IMG/VR virus record: IMGVR_UViG_3300011560_000001
Location: 64,001-128,000 of that record
Length of the DNA stretch: 64,000 bases
Strand: one strand, 5' to 3'
From: a virus
Taxonomy: Duplodnaviria > Caudoviricetes
The position numbers were made by a program, and so were the translations under genes. Positions 1-8,097 of the stretch are shown here, one piece after another (the stretch's first letter is position 1; every line of letters starts with the position of its first letter). A model generated the notes under the pieces. That model searched no databases, was not told the origin of the DNA, and saw only the letters and a list, made by a program, of their open reading frames with translations.

Positions 1-169
1 CGTTTCCGTTGTTCCTAACGGTAACCAGTTAGAGCTGGAATTAACCATCCACAAGCAAGAGGATGATAAAGGACAGCGCGTTAATATCGGAACGATTACA
101 ACCAGCGATACCCAGATCTCTGTCATCAATCTCAATAAGACAACCAAATTAGGTACAGTCACGTTATAA
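1..169 (+). CDS. 3' end of an upstream gene (partial; probably virion/baseplate protein)
   Basis: Open frame from position 2 (VSVVPNGNQLELELTIHKQ...LGTVTL) ending TAA 167-169, just before the tail fibre gene. Confidence 0.6.
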   Translation, partial: VSVVPNGNQLELELTIHKQEDDKGQRVNIGTITTSDTQISVINLNKTTKLGTVTL

Positions 170-182
170 GGACCTCCAGGTT

Positions 183-2231
183 ATGTCAACACCAATTACC
201 CTGAAGTACCCCGAGGACTGGACCGGCACGCTCGATAGCAACCACATCGTTGGTGAAGAGCATACCGTTCCACGAACCGAGAATAAATGTTACGCCCTCG
301 ATGGCGGACCGTTCTTCACCGAAAGTCTGGTTATCACCGAAAAGCTTACCGGTAAGACACTGGTGCGAGGTGTGGATTATAAGCCCATCTTCTTGTATCA
401 GGACGCTACGCTTTACGCTGGTAAAGAAATCTGTGCAGCCATCGCCATCATCAACGATGATATCGAGGGTACATTAGTTAACGACTATCGTATCATCGGT
501 GGTGTTTACGTAAGTCTTATTGACGCGTTATATCAGGCTATCGAAGAACTCAAACTTGACGATCGTCCGATCAACTGGGATGACATCAAGAACAAACCGG
601 AACTTTATCCGCCTGAACCACACATCCACCACGTTAGCGCGATTTACGGTACCGAACATCTTTGCTTAGCGATCTATTCGTTAAAAGCCGCAATACTTAT
701 CGGTGATGCTGCGTCCGATAACCGTCTCTGGGCGGCAATCGATCAGTTACGCAAAGACATGCAAGCAGCGGATAAAGATCTAACCGATTTGCATTACGCG
801 CATGCTAACCGTACCGATAACCCGCACGAAGTAACAAAAGCCCAAGTCGGACTAGGTAATGTACAGAACTATCCTACCGCCAACAAGGCGGAGGCAGAAG
901 CCGGTACCGCACCAGACCGTTACATGACAGCACAAACGGTTGGATGGGCGATTGCTAAACTGGCGGGCGATCTGGTTAATGCTCACGCTAACCGTCGAGA
1001 TAACCCGCATAGCGTCACCAAAGCGCAGGTTAACCTCGGCAACGTTGATAACTTCCCGACAGCGTCGGACTCTGAAGCAAAAGCGGGTACAGCGAACAGC
1101 CGTTTCATGACGCCGCTACGCACCGTTGCAGCGATTGAACAGTTCGCATTGATTCCACTTAACGCGCATAAAACCGATTATAACAACCCACACAGAGTAA
1201 CCAAGGCACAGGTTGGGTTAGGGAATGTGCAAGACTATCCGATGGCTTCTGAAGAAGAAGCGCGTGCTGGTGTTGCAGCTAACCGATTAATGGCACCGAA
1301 CACAACCAAAGCGTCCATTGAGACCTTCGCGTTAGTTCCGCTTAATGCGCACATCGCCGACAAGAACAACCCACACCAAGTGTCTAAGGCACAAGTAGGG
1401 TTGGGAAGCGTTGAGAACTATCCAACCGCTAACCAAGCTGAAGCGCAAGGTGGTTCTGCAACTAACCGTTACATGACACCACAGTCTACCAACTGGGCAA
1501 TTCAGAAATTAGCGGGCGATCTGGTTAATGCTCACGCTAACCGTCGAGATAACCCTCACGCCGTTAACAAAGCCCAGGTGGGCTTAGGGAATGTTCAGAA
1601 CTACGGTATCGCTTCCGATGCGCAAGCGCAGCAAGATGTTAACACTGTGTATTCTACACCACGTAACGCCCGTCTCGCTGCAACACACATCATCGATACA
1701 CGCTTGTTCTGGGGTTCTTACAGCGGAAACAAACTGGTCTTCGTTGATGGTAATGGTGGTACGCGTTTAGGTAAACATGTCATCATCACGGAGAATGGGG
1801 GCGGTGAGATCACACGCTTCTATTGGGGGAACTCTGCCGGTGGTGGTAGTGCGCTGTACTTCAACAGCAACATCGATGTTCCTAACGCGTACATCCGTTC
1901 AGATGAGCGTAGTAAACACGACATCCGTTATCTGAAAGACCATCCGGAATCTTTCAGTGATCGTTTACGTGAAATGGCGTATACCGGACTTGCCCGTTTC
2001 CGTCACAACTACGATCCTGATGTCGAGAAGATCGGTGTTATCGCACAGCGTGTTCAAGAACAGTTCCCGGAAATGATCAACGTATCAGATAAAGGGCTGT
2101 TAAGTCTTGACACCATGGTGTATAGCGGGGTTCTGTTAGGTGGTTGGTATGAACACGACCAACAACTTCGTGCTCTGCGTGCAATGGTTGAAGAAATTGC
2201 ACATCACGTGAAAGGAACCAAGGGTATGTAA
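183..2231 (+). CDS. Tail fibre protein with five ~61-aa repeats and C-terminal intramolecular chaperone (peptidase S74-like)
   Basis: Five NPHxV(T/S/N)KAQV(G/N)LG(N/S)VxN/D(Y/F) repeats; C-terminal RSDERSKHDI...GVIAQRVQEQFPEMI motif then coiled coil, typical of S74 chaperones. Confidence 0.85.
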   Translation: MSTPITLKYPEDWTGTLDSNHIVGEEHTVPRTENKCYALDGGPFFTESLVITEKLTGKTLVRGVDYKPIFLYQDATLYAGKEICAAIAIINDDIEGTLVNDYRIIGGVYVSLIDALYQAIEELKLDDRPINWDDIKNKPELYPPEPHIHHVSAIYGTEHLCLAIYSLKAAILIGDAASDNRLWAAIDQLRKDMQAADKDLTDLHYAHANRTDNPHEVTKAQVGLGNVQNYPTANKAEAEAGTAPDRYMTAQTVGWAIAKLAGDLVNAHANRRDNPHSVTKAQVNLGNVDNFPTASDSEAKAGTANSRFMTPLRTVAAIEQFALIPLNAHKTDYNNPHRVTKAQVGLGNVQDYPMASEEEARAGVAANRLMAPNTTKASIETFALVPLNAHIADKNNPHQVSKAQVGLGSVENYPTANQAEAQGGSATNRYMTPQSTNWAIQKLAGDLVNAHANRRDNPHAVNKAQVGLGNVQNYGIASDAQAQQDVNTVYSTPRNARLAATHIIDTRLFWGSYSGNKLVFVDGNGGTRLGKHVIITENGGGEITRFYWGNSAGGGSALYFNSNIDVPNAYIRSDERSKHDIRYLKDHPESFSDRLREMAYTGLARFRHNYDPDVEKIGVIAQRVQEQFPEMINVSDKGLLSLDTMVYSGVLLGGWYEHDQQLRALRAMVEEIAHHVKGTKGM

Positions 2232-2357
2232 TTCAGCGTTCTAGAACGCGTTGTAACGCTTCGAAAAGTTTAATCTAGGGTTTGCCTGGGTTAAATCGTT
2301 TATCGCGTTCTAGACCCTTCCTGTTCCTCTAAATCGTTATTTAAACGAGGAGTTCTA

Positions 2358-2993
2358 ATGGCTAAGATTACTGAGAAAGATTTCACGTGCGAATTTATCA
2401 TTCGCGATAAAACCAGCATCGAAGCAGGTTACGTCGACGATCCCGATGATTCGGGTGGAATCACGAACCACGGCATTACGAAAACACTCGCCGATCAATA
2501 CAAAACCACGCTGAAAACGAAATTCGGCTGGGACGGTAACATGCGTAACCTTACCACGGAAATGGCGTTCTTTATCTACAAGACCCACTTCTGGGATAAG
2601 ATGAAACTTGACGAAGTCATGAAACGTTCTGTGTTCTTAGCTGACCGTCTCTTTGACTTGGGTATCAATGCTGGCAAAACCGTTCCGGTTAAGAACCTCC
2701 AACGTTATCTGAACGTCATGAACAACCGACAAACGTACTGGAAAAATATCAACGCCGACGGTTTGATGGGACCTGCGACGTTAAGCGCGCTCGACGCTTA
2801 CATCGCTAAGCGTGGTGCAACCGGTAAGGATTATCTCATCGATGCGATGCTGGATATGCAGAGCACCTATTACATCGAATTAGCGGAACGTCGTGAGAAA
2901 GATGAGAAATTCATCTACGGTTGGCAGGCACGCAAACGTCGTGAACGTAAGCGTTATGAAGCGATCATCTTGAACGGGTTCAGTGTTGAGTAA
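2358..2993 (+). CDS. Endolysin, glycoside hydrolase family 108 with C-terminal peptidoglycan-binding domain
   Basis: EAGYVDDPDDSGGITNHGIT (EGGY..P.D.GG.T..GIT) motif; DGLMGPATLSAL and EKFIYGW motifs; SD GAGGAG at 2347-2352. Confidence 0.9.
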   Translation: MAKITEKDFTCEFIIRDKTSIEAGYVDDPDDSGGITNHGITKTLADQYKTTLKTKFGWDGNMRNLTTEMAFFIYKTHFWDKMKLDEVMKRSVFLADRLFDLGINAGKTVPVKNLQRYLNVMNNRQTYWKNINADGLMGPATLSALDAYIAKRGATGKDYLIDAMLDMQSTYYIELAERREKDEKFIYGWQARKRRERKRYEAIILNGFSVE

Positions 2994-3056
2994 AACACCA
3001 TCATAAACCGTCCTAAAACGCTCCAGAACGAACGGAACGCATAAAGACGTATAAGA

Positions 3057-3089
3057 CCCCTCCTCAGCCCGATAAGGGCTGAGGAGGGG
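3057..3089. terminator. Bidirectional terminator-like hairpin
   Basis: 14-bp perfect stem CCCCTCCTCAGCCC/GGGCTGAGGAGGGG between convergent genes. Confidence 0.75.
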
Positions 3090-3288
3090 CTTAACATGTG
3101 TTTGTGTTTATTCAGGTTGGTCTGGGTCCCTGGCCGCTTGAGGAGATCCACAACCCTTTCAACACCACGCTTCATACGAAGCGTTCAATGAGAAAGATAA
3201 GCGTGCAACCACGCAGATTGTTACAACCAAATTGTAGAAGAGCAATAGCCGAGCTGTACAAAACCCATACTATTGCTCATTGCTTACA

Positions 3289-3819
3289 TTAGCCGCCGAT
3301 GGAGATGGTCGGTTTCTCGAAGCCTTCGGCAACGTTATTCGCCAGAACAGTAGCCAAGTCATCGCCTACCTGGATGTACTGCATCTTAACGACCAGCTGA
3401 CCGGTGTACACCAAACCACCCTCTTTTGCCTGGATGGTGATGGATTCCGGTTTGGACGATACGTCCATATCGCTAACAACGATATCATCCGCAGCAATAC
3501 CCAGTTTGAATGTGGTTGCGATGCTTGCGATAACATCGCCGGTGTTCACGGAAGTCCCGCTGGCGGTAAAGGTTACCTGATCCTGAACATCAGCGAATAC
3601 CGTGGTCAGGTCCAGACGGTTATAGAAGAAATCCTGTTGGCCAGACAGCGTCGGGGAATCTTCTACAGCAGACAGATGGATTTTGGTATTCTTTTCGTGT
3701 TCGGAAGATGTTTCAACAGCACCGAACTGCAGTTCGCCTTCTTCTAAAGTACGGGTTGCTTTAGTGTTAATCAGGTCCAACAGCAACGCTTTACTTTTCT
3801 TGCTAAAATCAAGAGCCAT
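3289..3819 (-). CDS. Putative virion structural protein (paralog of 3960-4853)
   Basis: SD GAGG; shares YNRLDL..VF and ITIQAKEGGLVYTG motifs with the neighbour (YHRLDL..WF, ITLEAKEDSLAWYG). Confidence 0.6.
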   Translation of the reverse strand: MALDFSKKSKALLLDLINTKATRTLEEGELQFGAVETSSEHEKNTKIHLSAVEDSPTLSGQQDFFYNRLDLTTVFADVQDQVTFTASGTSVNTGDVIASIATTFKLGIAADDIVVSDMDVSSKPESITIQAKEGGLVYTGQLVVKMQYIQVGDDLATVLANNVAEGFEKPTISIGG

Positions 3820-3959
3820 GTTTTATCCTCGTTTTTTCAGATGATCGAACAGGAGATTCGGAGTCGTTCTCCATAATATTCACATTTAATATAAAATATA
3901 TTGATTTCTGTAAATACTTACATCTTTTGAGAGTAATGTAACAACCATCGAGGAAGAAA

Positions 3960-4853
3960 ATGACAGCTCAAGTATCACTTACTTTAAAAACACCTTGGCA
4001 ACTTATCGTTGATGAGATCAACACACTCAACGCCGACACTGGTGCCAACTTCAAACCCACCGACCTTAAATACGTTCTTAAATCCAAAAGCGATTCTGCT
4101 CCAGATGCAACTTTAACGCTTAGCCCTGGTGAAGGTACTCCTTACTTCAATGACCGCGATGTTACCTACCATCGTCTGGATCTGGCTAAGTGGTTCCAGA
4201 AGATCGCCGTACGTGTTAACGTTAATAAAAACACCACCATCGGTGATGTGGTTGACCTTGTAGCTCAACGCTACGGTATGATCACACCTTCCGGTGAGAA
4301 GTTCCTGGATAAAACGAAAGACATCAAAGCCGATACGTTAAATACGCCGGTTACCTTTGAGCAGTCGGGTATCCAGACGATCACTTTGGAAGCCAAAGAA
4401 GATTCGCTGGCTTGGTATGGTTCCGTTGAAGTTAAAGTTTATAACACCACGCTGGATCTGGCTAACATCATCAAGGTTACCAACCTGGGTAACTTAACCT
4501 ACGTTGATGAAGGCGATGGCACCAAGACCTCAGCGCGTCTGTTAACCTATCCGTTAGACTTCAGTACCTACACCACAGGCCTACAGGCGATCATCAGTGA
4601 TGAAACCAAGATCGATGAAACCCTGGCAGGTAACCTGACCACGCTGATCAAAGAGCAGACGGGTGTAAGTGATGATATCATCAATGAACTGAAAACCAAT
4701 CTGCAAACAGCTACCTTTGTCTATAACGGTGCTACCACCGGGTCTACCGACAAGGGCGTTAACGCTACGTACAGCAATGTGCTAGTGGTGTCGTTAACCG
4801 ACGGTACCCACACCTACGGTAAAGCCGTATTCGGTTATAACGTTTCCGAATAA
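3960..4853 (+). CDS. Putative virion structural protein
   Basis: 297-aa ORF with SD GAGG; Thr/Asn-rich beta-type composition; paralogous motifs with 3289-3819. Confidence 0.6.
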   Translation: MTAQVSLTLKTPWQLIVDEINTLNADTGANFKPTDLKYVLKSKSDSAPDATLTLSPGEGTPYFNDRDVTYHRLDLAKWFQKIAVRVNVNKNTTIGDVVDLVAQRYGMITPSGEKFLDKTKDIKADTLNTPVTFEQSGIQTITLEAKEDSLAWYGSVEVKVYNTTLDLANIIKVTNLGNLTYVDEGDGTKTSARLLTYPLDFSTYTTGLQAIISDETKIDETLAGNLTTLIKEQTGVSDDIINELKTNLQTATFVYNGATTGSTDKGVNATYSNVLVVSLTDGTHTYGKAVFGYNVSE

Positions 4854-4864
4854 TTTAATCTCTC

Positions 4865-4896
4865 CCTTCCTCCTTCCCTGTTGGGTTGGAGGAAGG
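4865..4896. terminator. Terminator hairpin, family A (CCC-N4-GGG apex with TT/TT internal loop)
   Basis: CCTTCCTCC-TT-CCC-TGTT-GGG-TT-GGAGGAAGG followed by TTTATG. Confidence 0.7.
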
Positions 4897-4959
4897 TTTA
4901 TGTTTGTGTTTATTCTTCTCTTTATATTTTCTAATGATAAGATTAAGTACCTGGAGTAA

Positions 4960-5480
4960 AAGTTTACAGATGTTGTAAATGTATTTGGAAAGTAAAATTT
5001 CCACGACCTCGGCCCCTTCGGGGGACGGGGGAGGAGCGAAGTCCTTTAGAGACGAGCAACAGGATAACTCTAAGAAAAAGAAAAACTAAACGAGCGAAGC
5101 GAGTTTATGTTTTTATCCTTAGAGTTATCAAGCTATAAGCGTAGCGTTAGCGTATAACGGTTATGTCGTATACGAATGCAATGAGTATAGACGAGATACT
5201 CTGATGAACAACGTGAAGAAGAGTATCACAAATGGTTTTTTTTTGAGTTATCCAACTTATAAGCTTATTAACTTAGTTTAAATATACAAACAAGATAAAT
5301 AAAACAACTTAAACATACCAAGATAAAACGATTAAACCATTAAGACATAACCTAAGATAAACAAGATAACATAGACAATACACTTTTAACAAACACAGAT
5401 AACATCTTACTTAAATCAAAATACCTATTCTCGTTTACCTTCCTTGAAACACCTCTTCTAAATCCATCCCTTCTTAAAAC
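4960..5480. other. Large non-coding region: hairpin cluster followed by an A-rich, G-poor tract; candidate replication origin
   Basis: No ORF in 4854-5652; consecutive inverted repeats 4963-5227; repeated AGATAA in 5290-5402. Confidence 0.45.
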
Positions 5481-5510
5481 AAAACCCTTGCTTTAATGCA
5501 AATCCTTTCA

Positions 5511-5576
5511 CGACTATATTACCTTCATGATGCCATGCATCATGAACGCGACGCGTAAGCGTTACCTTCATGATGC
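5511..5576 (+). repeat. TACCTTC leader-hairpin repeat, copy A
   Basis: About 55 nt closely matching 31174-31230; TTACCTTCATGATGC occurs twice. Confidence 0.7.
5512..5530 (+). promoter_or_regulatory. phiKZ-type early promoter
   Basis: GACTATATTAC-N5-TG; TATATTAC is the described phiKZ early promoter core; lies upstream of a run of small + strand genes. Confidence 0.75.
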
Positions 5577-5652
5577 ATACGTACAATGTTCGTATTGCGT
5601 CAAATAGAAATCAATACGTTGTTTAATTAACGTGAAACAGAGGATCTTTTAG

Positions 5653-6402
5653 ATGAACGATGAATTAATTTTTGATGTGGTGTTTATTGAACATGATTAT
5701 CTAACGTTGCCTGAAGCGGTGCAAGCAGAATGCGTGAAGGTTAAACGTTGGTGGAACGGTTCGGAAGGAAGCATGATCGAAGGGATGGATGGTGAGGTTG
5801 GACGGTTCCGTCAGCGGGGTTGTTGCATCGCCCATCCGGTAGACTTATCTGTGGTGCAGTTGCGTGCGCATAAGAGCCAGCATCCGCAACGGATGAGCGC
5901 AAGCGGACTACGAGTACTTGCGTCGGGAGAGCAGCTTGGGGACGCATGGTTGTATCCTACCGCGGATGCTTTGCCACGGTCGATGGTGGACGCAGCGAAT
6001 CAGGTTGTTGGGACGGTGTATAGCGGTGAAGTGCACAACGTATCAGGAGCACTCGAAAATGACGTACGCGCACTTCCTGGTTGGATCAATCATACCATCG
6101 GAACGTATTACACCAAGCGGCTGGAACGGGTTGCCTTATTCGTTGGCGAGGGTTCCGATAAGCTTTATCAGCAAAGACTGATGGTGCTTAAACGTTACTA
6201 CCCTCGGGTTATCCATCCTTTCGGTTACGCCTGGGTTAGCGAAGCGCGCTACAATCCCCGCAAACAACGCCTGGAAGCGAAGGTACTTAACGAACGTTGG
6301 CTACCTGTCATGCATCCTAGAGTTAGCGTTGATATCGCGCAGAAGATGCTTGAGAAAAGCAAGCTGGTATGCTGGGATGTGACTATGTTGCGCCATCCCT
6401 AA
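5653..6402 (+). CDS. Hypothetical early protein
   Basis: 249-aa ORF with SD GAGG, first gene after the early promoter. Confidence 0.7.
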   Translation: MNDELIFDVVFIEHDYLTLPEAVQAECVKVKRWWNGSEGSMIEGMDGEVGRFRQRGCCIAHPVDLSVVQLRAHKSQHPQRMSASGLRVLASGEQLGDAWLYPTADALPRSMVDAANQVVGTVYSGEVHNVSGALENDVRALPGWINHTIGTYYTKRLERVALFVGEGSDKLYQQRLMVLKRYYPRVIHPFGYAWVSEARYNPRKQRLEAKVLNERWLPVMHPRVSVDIAQKMLEKSKLVCWDVTMLRHP

Positions 6403-6425
6403 TACAACCAAGGAGAAACATTCGC

Positions 6426-6725
6426 ATGATACGTGCAACGGGATACGAAAACAAAGGGAAGAACAGCGTGCAGCGTTACGTTGCCGACGAGGAAGGGAAA
6501 GCAGAATACCTGGATTGGTTCGATCGCTACAGTGCAAGCAAGGTACGTGATCCTAGCATCCTACGGCTACAGAGCAGTTTTCAATGGCAGGCTTCCGAAC
6601 AACGCTGGTACATCACGTTGGAAATCGGAACGGTACGGGAAGACCAGCTTCCCGCATGCTTAAAAGAACAACGGGAGCAGATCAACACACTACTCGCACA
6701 ACACAAAACGGAACCTAAACCTTAA
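6426..6725 (+). CDS. Hypothetical early protein
   Basis: Start reassigned to ATG 6426 after SD AGGAG. Confidence 0.6.
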   Translation: MIRATGYENKGKNSVQRYVADEEGKAEYLDWFDRYSASKVRDPSILRLQSSFQWQASEQRWYITLEIGTVREDQLPACLKEQREQINTLLAQHKTEPKP

Positions 6726-6765
6726 TCCAACACCAACAAGCGAAAAGGAAAATACAACAGAAATC

Positions 6766-7041
6766 ATGTTGATGAAACCGACAGCAAAGAACAAGGTTTA
6801 TAAAGCAATCTACGCGTCAGACACAGTCAGCCTGACGAAGATCATCAAATGCAAACTTGAGAAGGTGCTACGTGTTGAACCGAGCATAGGCTTAGTCCGT
6901 TATCGCCTGATTACCGAGAACGGTGAAGGGTATTACGCACCGTCGTCTCGAAGCGATAACGCCGTTATGTTAACCCGGGATGTGGTTGAAGCAATCAACA
7001 ACGGAACGAAGGCGTTCTACGCGCACAGAAAAGCCGTATAA
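6766..7041 (+). CDS. Hypothetical basic protein
   Basis: 91-aa ORF in tandem + strand cluster. Confidence 0.6.
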   Translation: MLMKPTAKNKVYKAIYASDTVSLTKIIKCKLEKVLRVEPSIGLVRYRLITENGEGYYAPSSRSDNAVMLTRDVVEAINNGTKAFYAHRKAV

Positions 7042-7118
7042 CGCAATAAACGAATCCAAAGAAGGGAAACTATACCTTAACTTAAAACGACGCTTAGAGA
7101 GCGTTACAGGAGCTTAGA

Positions 7119-7526
7119 ATGCAACATGATCAAACGAACACCACCGCAACGTCAATAGCCCTTGCCGATGCCGTCCAGGCGTGGAACGAGAACCCAGCCT
7201 GTCGAGCAAAGATGGAATTGGTGTACGAAGGATCAACCCGTGTCAGGACGGCTGATGACGTTCTGGTCGTACGAGGTGAATTCTTCGCCTTAGGTGTCAC
7301 GGACCGTGGTCCGTTAGATGCGCTTTGGATCGAGTTACAAACCTGCCCGCAGAGACCACGCTACGTGACCCGTGACCATCGTCCTGAGAACGCGTTAGTC
7401 GGAACCGGTTCCGTGGATATTTTCATCTGGCAGGATACCCTCGACAACATGAACAAGATCATCGATGTTGAGAACATCGTTGCAAATAAGTTAACCCAAC
7501 TTAAAGAACGTCTGATGCCGCTATAA
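7119..7526 (+). CDS. Hypothetical early protein (possible distant member of the 7639-8887 paralog array)
   Basis: 135-aa ORF with SD AGGAG. Confidence 0.65.
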   Translation: MQHDQTNTTATSIALADAVQAWNENPACRAKMELVYEGSTRVRTADDVLVVRGEFFALGVTDRGPLDALWIELQTCPQRPRYVTRDHRPENALVGTGSVDIFIWQDTLDNMNKIIDVENIVANKLTQLKERLMPL

Positions 7527-7539
7527 CGCATCAACATCA

Positions 7540-7569
7540 CCCGCCTGTACCCCATCGGGTACAGGCGGG
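7540..7569 (+). terminator. Terminator-like hairpin
   Basis: CCCGCCTGTACCC/GGGTACAGGCGGG 13-bp stem after stop codon. Confidence 0.6.
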
Positions 7570-7638
7570 GCAATAAGAAACCAAGGGGACATCGCCGTCC
7601 CCGTTACTATCATCAACCACTATCAAGAGGAACCTACC

Positions 7639-8082
7639 ATGGAAATTAAATTCTGTAAATCGATCGCGATTGTACCTGAACAACCTGCGGATGATCTCGA
7701 AAAGCTCGATCATCCCACACTGCAACATGCGCTGGAACGTTTAGCCTCTTTTGCGCCGTTAGAGAATCATCTTCACTGCGTTAATCTTGAAGCATCCGAC
7801 TTCGATGTGAAGCTTGGGTTCGTGTTTTCACAAACGGGGAAGGATGTGTTAGAAAACATATTCTGGTCTGCTGAGCATAAGGCGAGAAATGTGATGGCGA
7901 AGTTAGTTTATAACGTTAGCCTTAGTGAAGACGGCACCTATTGGACGTCAGAGGCTTGCTGGACGATTTCTGCGATTTCACGAATGGACAAAATACACTA
8001 TTTGCATCGTGTTGCTGATAGCATTGTACACCAACTGGATCGTTTTGATACCACCCGCTTATCGAATGGAACACAGTGTTAA
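7639..8082 (+). CDS. Hypothetical protein, paralog array member 1
   Basis: SD GAGG; MEIKFCKSIA / LQHALERL / LGFVFSQTGKDVLE align with the next two ORFs. Confidence 0.7.
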   Translation: MEIKFCKSIAIVPEQPADDLEKLDHPTLQHALERLASFAPLENHLHCVNLEASDFDVKLGFVFSQTGKDVLENIFWSAEHKARNVMAKLVYNVSLSEDGTYWTSEACWTISAISRMDKIHYLHRVADSIVHQLDRFDTTRLSNGTQC

Positions 8083-8097
8083 TACGAGGAATCGAAC

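Noticed and set aside
5511-5600. CRISPR-like mini-array from the duplicated TTACCTTCATGATGC
   Set aside because: Only two 15-nt copies, the intervening sequence is conserved at another locus rather than unique, and no cas genes are present
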